The notes under the pieces: generated by a model
Told to the model about the DNA's origin: nothing
The model's input: the letters and a program-made list of their open reading frames with translations, nothing else
Database searches by the model: none
Part shown: positions 53,903 to 64,000 of the stretch, piece by piece
Position numbering within the stretch: the stretch's first letter is position 1
Layout: every line of letters begins with the position of its first letter
Program-made: the position numbers and the translations under genes
Origin: Callorhinchus milii
Taxonomy: Eukaryota
Direction: 5' to 3'
DNA: 64,000 nt
Assembly (NCBI RefSeq): GCF_018977255.1
Contig: NW_024704742.1
Span: 31,746,001-31,810,000 of the forward strand

Positions 53903-54532
53903 ATCCCAGGTTCCACATATTGTCCCTGGCTACTAAAGTTAAGCATTTTAAAAGATGAGGATTATCAAAGATTCTGAGAGTGGATGTTCCTCAGTGTCTC
54001 TCCTTCACTTAGCATTCAATGAAGTTACCAGAAGTCATGTTCAAGATGGATTACTATGTACAGTTCTGGTCACTGCAATCTGTCTTCTCTCATCTGTGAA
54101 TCTCTTCTCTCATCTCTCATTCTCACCGAAAACAATTGTCCCGATGAAAGGCAAACTAATATTTGTACAGGCCATAAATAATTCTGAGGCCTATTTGATA
54201 CGTTATGTCTGAAGCTAAAGCTTTCTTAGAATGGATGCTTGGCAAAAACACACTGTTTACATCTGGATGTCATCCCCTCGGGTGAGAAGAGTGGAAACAA
54301 TCAGGCATACAAATAAAGCACGATTGGACTCTGCAGCAGGGACTAGTAAGGATTTTCAATGATCATGCGTATGATCCATTTGCGGGACATTCCTGTACGC
54401 AAATTGCTGCTGTGTTCACCTACAAATTCATCACTGCACTTTACAGAGCTCTTTGAGATGTTTCAATTGTATTAAATGTATGGATTATTTATTTAATATA
54501 GTTGTGCTGGAGATCAATTGTTCCAATTACAA

Positions 54533-54933
54533 TCCAAGGAATTATGCACAGAAAAAGTAAAAGTTACGCAGCTAAAAAATGAAAATTATGCAAAATTACA
54601 GGAAAATATTATTGTAGCTTCTTTAGAAAGATATGGAGGCTAGTTTCCATGAATTTTGTATTTATATAGCACATTTATTTATATTTACATTGCACATTTT
54701 TGTATTTATTTACTCATCTGTCCCTCCCCCCCAACTCAGCATCGAGCTCTGCCACTGTTAAGCACTCTGAGATAGATGCTGCTTCACATGAAGGAGACTA
54801 TATAAATGCAAAGTGTTGTTCTTATTTATTTATTTATTTATTTCTGAGTGATATGAGGCACTTCGGTCATATAATGCAATACAACGTATTATGCATGAAA
54901 TTACGTGGGTGCAAAATTGCATAATTCCCCGGG
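54533..54933. mobile_element. Putative old non-autonomous DNA transposon (TIR element) containing an L2 tail fragment
   Basis: Terminal inverted GGAATTATGCA (54538-54548) / TGCATAATTCC (54918-54928); several internal AATTAYGCA-like motifs. Confidence 0.5.
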
Positions 54934-55049
54934 TGTATAAGTTTATAATTAAGCACTATTACATATTCACTAATTTTGTAACAACTAAAATTACCTCTTC
55001 CAGATTTGGTAGATTCTTGACACTCAACTGTTGAGTATCAAGAAACCAT

Positions 55050-55321
55050 TTTTCACATGTGAGCCATGACTGAGTAACAGCCTACTTGTTAGTGGAGGGC
55101 ATAAGCCCAAAATCCACTCATGCACATTTTCCAGCAGAGGTTTCCAAATACTATATTGTAACAGGTTGAATTTCCTCTCCCTTACCCAGCTGCAACCAGT
55201 TGTAGCTTTGAACTGCTGCACCAACTGAGATCAGCTAATTCAGGACAGAGCCTTGAACCTGCACTTTCTCATTCTGTATGGTTTACTGTCACACACCGGT
55301 GTTTTTACCCACTTGGCCATC
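55050..55321 (-). mobile_element. Old, diverged SINE (family C)
   Basis: Similar to 8055-8370; reverse strand begins with a tRNA-like GATGGCCAAGTGGGTAAA. Confidence 0.5.
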
Positions 55322-57194
55322 AAACAGCAAATAGGAATAGCCTCGATAGGGAATAGAAGGGTAGGGGAGGCAGGAAAGGGTGGGTAAAAAATGGAGGAAT
55401 TCACACACACAGTAGACCAAAGTGAGATACAGAATATATTTGAAGTAATGTAAAACACATGGTTAAGAATCCATTACAAGACTGCAACATAATCCTGAGA
55501 TTCAGATGACATTAATAACCATTTGAGCTTTGTTCTCAATTGATGGTCTGACTCTGACTCCCTGTTTATCACGGCCTTCGTAGCTTACTCTTGGACATCT
55601 GTTCTCGTGTATATGTTGAGATATTCCTTCAAAATCACCATTCCGCTTGCTAAGCTCACTGAAGCCTGCATTAAGAGATTTGTACACACAATTCGTCATC
55701 CAGAAATGAGAAGCACATTCTGCCGTGTGGCTCGACACTGATGTTAGGATATTCAGTAAGCTGTTGGAGAACTCTAAGAAAAACAGCGAAGCTTGATAAC
55801 TCGCTCCTTATATTGACTACAGGGTAACACGATGGGCAGATTGACCTTCTTCTGTGCTGTAAGTTTCTGTGGTTCTATGGACCCTGCTATAATATGGCTG
55901 TTTGAATCCATAAAGGCAGACCCAATATTATAATGAAGCTCTAAAAACAATGGCTGCTGTCAGTGTTTCCAGGTTGTCAGGTCGCTGCTGATGTCAGTTC
56001 CTGTGGAAAGACGGAAAACAGAAAGCCAGCAATCGCCATCATGGGAGTTCCCAATGGTTGCTGATGCACCAGGAAGCCCTCTGCATCCGTGTGGTATGCA
56101 CAGGAAGCCTGCCACCTGAAATGTAGCACACGACAGGTATACATACCCTCTGGTCCACAGTGCGTCCTGACTATAAGCGGACCTGCACTATACTGGGGCA
56201 CAATATATAGGAAAGCCTTGATAGGGAATAGAGGGCAAGGTAGGTAGTCACTAAGGTGGGTAAAAAATGGAAGAATTCACACACAGTAGCCCAAAGTAAG
56301 ATAGTGCTCTGCGCAGTTTTCCTACGTGAAGGGCACTATATAAATTCAAATTGTTTTCGAGCAGACACAATGGCCTCTCGGCTTTTGTACTGCTGTGTCC
56401 TCTCAGCTGTCAGCACAGCTCCACTGCATTGTTTCCCACAGCCTCTGCTCCACTGCCATATGCAATTTCCTCCCCCACACCTCTGTTGCTTCCACTCACA
56501 TCAAGGTAGGTAGTTTCTAAAAAAAACAACTGGAAGAAACCATCATTATCAGTCGGTGTCCTGCTCCACCAAGCTGAAATGCTGTATTATAGTTACGAAT
56601 CAGGGATTCTCTCAGAACGATCACGTGGGTAAAGAGGATTTCCTCATTTTGATTCAAACAAATCTTCCAAATTTCCACAACTGTGTTAGGACAATCAAGG
56701 TGATGGTTTAGGTATGAAACTTGTAGGTTATAATTTTATATACTAATATACATTACTAATTGCTGTGCGCAATTGGCTACCGTGTTTCACCCACAAGATA
56801 TACAGTCAAATCACTTTACAGTATATTCTGTGAAGCACTTTGAGACGTTTCGATGACGTGATAAGGCGCTATATCAAATGCAAGGATTATTATTTTTACA
56901 AAGATTCACACCGATATAGAATGATTCTGGCAGCAGCAAGGTTGACACCAACATCACAATGAAGTAGAAAGTAGATGGGACAGCCTTAAATGAATCTAGT
57001 ACCCGAATCTTTCCATATTAATCCAAACAGCAGACACTGAGGATATAGAATGATAGGGTCTGTTACCAGATTTACTTCTATGGCTGCAATATAGAACAAG
57101 TATCAAAGGAGTGTCCTAGGCACTTTAAGGGGTGTCTGTCACTGCCTGTATTGGGTTTATATTCCAAAGTTTCCGGTCTATTAATATTAGTTGT

Positions 57195-57470
57195 CTTACA
57201 TTGTCGGAGGTGCTATCCTTCAGAAGAGACATTAAACCGAGGTCCTGTTTGCCTCTTCAGATGGAAGTTAAAGATCCCATGGCACTATTCGAAAAGCGAA
57301 GGAAATTTCTCTGGTGATCTGGCTAATAGTTCTCTAGATTAATTGATTGTTAAACATATGGTTGTTTGTGGGACCTTGCTGAGCGCAAACTGGCTGCTAC
57401 TTTTGCCTACAAAAAACACAGTCACTGCATTTGACAATAGTTACTCTAAAACATTTTGAGATGTTTCAGT
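57195..57470 (+). mobile_element. DeuSINE-like element (family A)
   Basis: GAGACATTAAACCGAGGTCC...AAAGATCCCATGGCACTATTCG. Confidence 0.8.
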
Positions 57471-57559
57471 ATTAGGGCTATAAAAAGTTCTTTCTTACTT
57501 GGATGCTAGAAGGTCGAGGGGTACAGTGAAAACTCAGGTCTTAAATCTGAAAAACATCG

Positions 57560-57800
57560 GTGGACTTGCTTTCACTCACTACACCTCGAAATTCTGGAAC
57601 ACTCTTCCTCTATCCCTTCCCCTTGAACCCCTTCTTCCCCATCTTCAAGTCGCGCCTGAAGACCTTCATCCTCAACCATGCCTATGGCTACCTCCCCACT
57701 CCCCCCATATTGGTGTTGTGCTACACCATTGTCATGTGCTCTGAGATGCTACCCTGGGTGAGGGACACTATAGAAATGCAAGTTGTTGTTGTTGTTGTCT
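57560..57800 (+). mobile_element. L2 3' end fragment
   Basis: FWNTLP / FKSRLKTF remnants plus (GTT)n tail. Confidence 0.7.
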
Positions 57801-60784
57801 TTCTAAGCATAGCATCCCAGTCTATCCTTGCAACAGGTTCCCTTTGGCCTCGCTTGTCTTTCCTAAGGAGTTCAAGGTTCCATTCTCCATCCACACGCAA
57901 TGACGGTCACTGGAGCAAAAAGATCCACAATCATTCTTTTTTGTTAATTGACAGAGTGCTGTTTATATATTTCCTTAAAAATAGATTACGTCTATTCCAC
58001 CTTTGAAACCTCAGCCGTGTTGACACATCTGCTGCCGAGAGGAGACAATAAATCAGATTGCTCACTTTGGCAGGATAAAAAGATTCCTAGCCAATTCAAT
58101 ATAAATACAAGCATTATCTCCTCAAGCTGGCCCAAATGAGCTGGCTGCTATTCAAAGCCTAGCCGACATGTAGGCACCACTCAATACAATCACTGGCTGA
58201 GTGTTTAGGTGATAATGCAATAATAATCCTTGAATTTGATACAGCGCCTTATCACATCGTGGAGATGTCTCAAAATCCCTCCTGCTCTTAGCCTTAAGAT
58301 TTAAAATTTAAGATTGTGTAGAATTTTTGGAAAAAGCTTCAATGTAGAAATAGGTTTCCAGCAGTTCTTTTCAGGCGATGTGGACATAATAATAATAATC
58401 CTTGCATTTGATACGGCGCTTTATCACATCGTTGAGACAACTCAAAGCTCTTAACAGGATATACTGTTAAGTGAATTGACTGCGCATTTTTGTGGGTGGA
58501 AATGTGGAAAGGTGGAAATGCTTCCAAATGAAAACTTAAGGCTAAGACTGTGAAGATTTTAAACATCTGCGATGGTTGGAGATGAGGGCTCAGCTCTCTG
58601 TGGGGTTGGATTAAGCCATACCGTTACACTTTGTTGAAGATAACATGGAGCCACTGTATTCAGTTCTGTCCCCGTCCAGCATCTCTAAGAAGAATAAACA
58701 TCGAGAAGCTGGCAGGCAGGTACACGGTAATTGATAACTATATCCCTCCACCAATTTTCTTTTATTTTCATAAAAAAAGGTGATCTCATCCATAATGTAC
58801 ATAACATCTTGGGTACAGGAGGCATTTTGTACATCAGTTCCCCTCTCCTGCTTTTAGCATTAGCTGCGGTAAATGACGATGAGCTCCTTTGATTTGTATC
58901 CTTCTGCCTTTAAAGTAGAGCTTAAACAATGAGGGAGCCTTTAGCAAGTGACAAAAGGCACACAGATTTGCCTGTTACAAAAGCAGCAGAGTATTTCACA
59001 ATTTGGTAATGTGGCCTAAGGGAGAAATATCACATTTATCTCTTATGGAGAGGGGGGAGGGGTGGGGGGTTTGGAAAGTACAGTTAAGTGTAGCTTTTGT
59101 GTCATACCTCAGTGCTTAGCTCACCTAATTACTAATATGAAACAAAAGACAAAAGATCTTTGAGAAAACAGCACAATATATTTATTACATAAATCACTGG
59201 CAAAGCAGCAATGGCTCTCACTGACAATGGAAGGCTGCGTAAATGCCCCGTGGATTCATGCGATCCTTCTATTAACAGCTGAGATCACTGATGTCTACAG
59301 TGATAACATGACACAACCTAAGTGGGAAGCCTTGCAGTGGGAAAGCTACTATGATCTTTTGGCTGCTAAGCAAAGGAGAGGGAAAAAAGAAAATATAACA
59401 ATGGAATGTACTCTCCTTGTTACTGCCATGAAGCCATTGTCAACGGACATGCTGGGAAAGTCAACGAAGGAAAGAAAAAGGAGAGGGCTTTGGCTGCGGA
59501 GATAGAAGTTCAACTCCAGGTCACACACAGGTGACGTTCTTGCTGCAACAGATGAAATTTGAAGGGAGCCTGGGCTTGATTAAGCTGAGTCCCCAGTCAA
59601 TATCACAAGCCACCTTGGCCAATATCTGACTTTGGCATAACCTAGCTTTGATATATAAGTAGCTGTTCAGTTGCCTGTTTGCGTTTTTGGTGCTTTGTTT
59701 GTTCTGGGGAGTGGGTGGAAGGACGTTTGTTACATTGTAATGGCAATATACCACTTACGGTCTATAATAAGCCAATAAATATGGTATTTATAATTATAAT
59801 AATCCTTGCATTTGATATAGTGCCTTATCATGTCATTGAGACGTCTAAAAAAGCTTTGCAGAATATACTGTAAAGTGGATTGGCTGTATATTTTGCGGAT
59901 GAAATGCAGCAGCCAGTTGTGCACAGCAGTGTCGCACAAACAGCTGTGGATTGAGTGACCAAATTATTATTATGTAGCTTATATGTGGTATTATGTAGTA
60001 AATGATGTAGCTTCATACAGTAAGTTACTTCGGGATGAAGTTATATTGCTAGGTGCTGTGAGAGTGGGAGCTCATCTGCACCAGCAACAATTTCTATAGA
60101 CAGCAGTGAGATGAATGACCAATAAAGCTATTTACAGTTCAATTTTGTTGAGGAATAGTGGCTAGGAAAGTGGGAGAATTTCTGCTCTGCTTCCAAATAT
60201 TGTATTGGGATCAAATCAAGTTGAAGGGACCTTGCCTTAGTGTGTCATCTGCAGGATGCCATCTCCAACCAAACAAACCTCCATCAGTACTGCATTAGTG
60301 TCAGTCCAGTGTGCAAGATCAAGCCCTGACACAGCGCTTGAACTAGCTTTGATACATAAGGACTTGAACTCCCAAATTTCTGACCGGCACAAAGTGCTGC
60401 CAACCAACAAATATCAAGGCAGTGTTACTATATGATTAACACACAAAACTCGGGGATTGGATTGGGGTAAAATTCCAATGCTCAGTAAAGTTACCATCCT
60501 TAGCGATGTGGGCATTTTTGGGAAATCCTATTGTAGTGCAATTTTACCTCTTTAAATTTTGTTCTATCGAGTATCTGTGTAGAAATAGGTACAGTATTTT
60601 GGAACTGAATCTGAAATAGATGAATCCTTAGCCAACATCACAACTAACTGTGTTGGTTTTGGCTGAATTTCTAGTTCTCATTCTTGTCAGTCAGACAGAA
60701 GATTTCAGGTTCATAAGTGCCGGAGTGATACTATATGGTCCTGTATTATCAGAAGTTTCAAAGCAAGGTTCCACCTGCTTGTTC

Positions 60785-61242
60785 AAATAATAATAATAGT
60801 AATAATCCTTGCATTTGATACACAATACAATACAAAATTACATTTGTGTAGCTCCTTTCACATCGTGAGGACGTCCCAAGGCACTGGACAGTCATGGATG
60901 ATATGGTGCCTTATCATGTCTTCAAGACATCTCAAAGCGCTTCACAGAATACAGTGAAAAGTAAATTGACTGTGTATTTTGTGGACGAAACATGGCAGCT
61001 GATTGTGCGCAGAAGTGCCCCACAAACAGTTACGGATTAGGTGACCAAATTATTATTATTTTTTTAAAATGAAGGAATTATTAGCCCCGGAAAAGCGAGC
61101 CGTCAATCGACGAAAAACCGGGTTCCTACTTACTGCTAGATAAACAGAGGCGTGTGGAGTAAGGAAATGTTTTGCTCTGCCCGGCAATCAAGCCCAGGCC
61201 CTTTCACTTGTGAGGGTTTTAACCACTAAGCTACAGGACTCC
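60785..61242 (-). mobile_element. Family B SINE (long form) with a short L2 tail inserted in its tail
   Basis: Head ends GGACTCC at 61242; L2 tail (reverse) at ~60820-60892. Confidence 0.8.
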
Positions 61243-62959
61243 AATGCATTCTCTCCAATGCAACAGAGAATGCAATTTCTCTTCCCTTCCTGGCCAACAA
61301 TCCTCCAGCTAAAATTGGCCATTATACAAATTTGCAAGCAATGGACAATTCTTGACATAAGTAATCAGTGAAACACTCTGAGACATTTAATTGTTTTAAT
61401 AATAATATTAATAATAACCTTTACATTCGGTACAGTGCCTTTCAAGTCATGAAGAAGTCTGAAAAAAAACACTTCACAGGAGACACTGAAAAGTAGAATG
61501 ACTGTGTGTACCTTGTGGGCGAAAATAGATTCAGGCACTATTTCAAATGCAATGATATGTTTACATTATAATTACCTTTGTGTATCATGCTTATGAAAAT
61601 GATCAGTTTGTGCTCTCTATTTCGTAAGTTGTTTTTTCCAGGTTGTAAGCCAGCCACACTTGCGTCATATATTGAGGACAAATAGTTAACCTCTTCCTTG
61701 GTTTCTACCAATGAGACATTTGAGGCTTGAAATTTCTCATGGTTTTAACCATTGTTTTAACATTTAAGATTGTGCTGAATTTTAGAAAAGTTCTTGAAAA
61801 GACCTGTGAAGAACCAGCTTTTAAATTAAGACTGAATTTGAGAATTTTCCATGAAGAATTTTCCCTGCTGATGATTATCACATTGCTACCATATTTTCAC
61901 CACCAATCGCTCTGGGACGCTACCCTGTCTGAGGGGCACTATACAAATGCAAGTTGTTGTTGTTGTTTCTTAAGATTCTCTATGAGACGGTAGTGATTTT
62001 ATAAGACAACATTTTGAACATCCTCCTCTAAAACCGCTGGGGACAAAATTAAAAGGATAAATTTATGAGTTATGGGATTGAGAGGACCGGGGTGACCCTG
62101 TGGCAGACATGAACCAATCACCAGAATAACGTAAGAAACGCAATTGGAAATTGTCATGTGCATGGTTTATTTGGTGCCTGGTTAGAGAATTGGTTACGCT
62201 AAGGAATGACATCTACTGCTTTGCGATGTCTGCTGGTGGGATGTCCTCCCGACGCGAAAGGCAATGTAAAAATGTAATGTATTATTGTTGTTGCTTGCTC
62301 CATGACTAATTTATTAGCATTAAATTATTATTGCTGCCTTTTCAACTGCCACAAGGTGTGCGTCAGAATTGTTTCATCCAGCAGAAAGGATTTTACTGTG
62401 TTTTTCAACCGCTCAGTAACCTAGCATTCCATCCTGCATATTCCTTTAAACAAGTTTAATTTTTCTTAATGGCAGGTTGTCACTGTGAAACAGTTTCCTG
62501 TTTCATGTATTATCTTTAATTACAGGCAATTTGAGTCACCCAAGCTGATTAAAAATGGCCTCTTCCACTTTTCAAAACAACATCAAATGGCAATATCATT
62601 AGCATTTTAAGTATTCACGGCTTTCTTCTACCCTCTCCCCTCTGCCCCCCCACCCCCGCACCCTGCAACACTCTATTACAAAATGTGAGCAAACTCAATT
62701 CTTGTACTGTGACTTGAGGAACTTCAAATAACAGAAAAAAATCTGGCTTTTGAAGAATGTAATTGTACTTTTGGGGGCAGAAGGTTTTGGGCAGTGTTTT
62801 GGGATAGTGAGTTTTTTCCATTTAGTTTGTCGAATATCCGAATGTAAATATCAACTTAATTTCTGCTTATGGCTTCCATTCCACGTAGCATGTGTCTCTA
62901 ATAGGCATCGTCAATTTTTGGCTTACAATCCTAATATTTCTAATTGAAATGATTGGATC

Positions 62960-63420
62960 TTTGGAAATTCCCAATTACACAATCCACAAAATCCAATTGA
63001 TGCAATATTTCATAGCCCATATCTTCACCCAGACCGGACGCTGTACTACCCTCACCCAAGTCCTTGCCAGGTTCCACTAGCTTCTTATCTCCAAATGGAT
63101 CAACTTCAAGATCCTCATATAAATCCCTCCGCATCTTAGCACATCAATATCTCTCTGATATGCTCATACCCTATTCCTCAGCTCACCCCCCATTGCTACG
63201 CTAACACAGTCCTGTCATATGTCTTCTGCATATCCGCCATTGATGGCTGTGCCATCAGTCACTATATCCTTAACCTTTCAAACCCCTTGCCTCTGTCTTT
63301 TTGCCCTTGCCCCATCTCTATCTCCCTTTAAATCCCTCTTCAATCATCACCTTCCTCTTCTTCTTCTCCCACATTCATTGCCCAATCCTTCCATTGTGAA
63401 ATGCTCTGAATTATTAGGTT
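62960..63420 (+). mobile_element. Decayed L2 3' fragment
   Basis: IQLMQ / HW / FKIL-like remnants. Confidence 0.55.
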
Positions 63421-63645
63421 AAAAAAATCTTTGCATTTGATCATGTTGAGGGGATGTCTCAAGCACTTCACAGGATTTTACTATGAAGTGTAGCAATCTG
63501 GATTTGTAGGCAAATGTGGCAGCCCAATTGTGCACAGCAATGTCCCACAAACAGGCATGAAACAAATAATTAATTTTATTTGGAGGATTTTTGGCCAGGA
63601 CACCAGAATAAACTTCTCTTTTCAAATAGTGCCATGGGATTATTA
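63420..63645 (-). mobile_element. DeuSINE-like 3' fragment
   Basis: Reverse of CCCATGGCACTATTTG core plus tail. Confidence 0.7.
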
Positions 63646-63899
63646 ACTTTAAACTGAAGCTTTTATGAGGGAATTCTATCTTTGAAATTCTTCAACTGGT
63701 AATGGTCTGTTTCATGGCCCATATTTTCTGTTACTTCTATCTGATGGCCTGAGCATCTTTTATCTGGTCAGGTGTCAGATATAAGTTTCTGACACACACA
63801 GAAAACATCACCATGTAAAGTATAAATACGTAAACAAACAAAAAGGCAAATAAATAAATAAATAAACAAATGAATACATAGAGAGACAGACAAACACAC

Positions 63900-64000
<101 letters not shown>

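Overview
AT-rich, repeat-dense vertebrate genomic DNA. The DeuSINE, L2, CR1 and Penelope-type repeat content suggests a cartilaginous fish (inference). The first ~30 kb holds coding exons 2-12 of a + strand PAPSS1 gene (bifunctional APS kinase / ATP sulfurylase). All 11 exons have GT-AG boundaries and join into an uninterrupted 1815-nt frame (604 aa plus stop, ending YYKSLEKA). Exon 1 lies upstream of the window. The remaining ~34 kb has no recognisable host gene and contains decayed CR1 and L2 LINE pieces, two tRNA-derived SINE families that share an L2-type tail, small TIR elements, repeat-free stretches that may be conserved non-coding elements, and a terminal (GATA)n array. The most notable non-gene signals are a palindromic Penelope-like element with a degenerate hammerhead-ribozyme core (48889-49060), a near-perfect inverted SINE pair (47298-47890), repeated opposite-strand SINE insertions at the same tail site, a young SINE subfamily whose tail matches the local L2, direct repeats flanking exon 3, and two candidate minus-strand exons. 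Repeat family names and paralog comparisons come from recalled consensus sequences, not database searches. Repeat boundaries are approximate.
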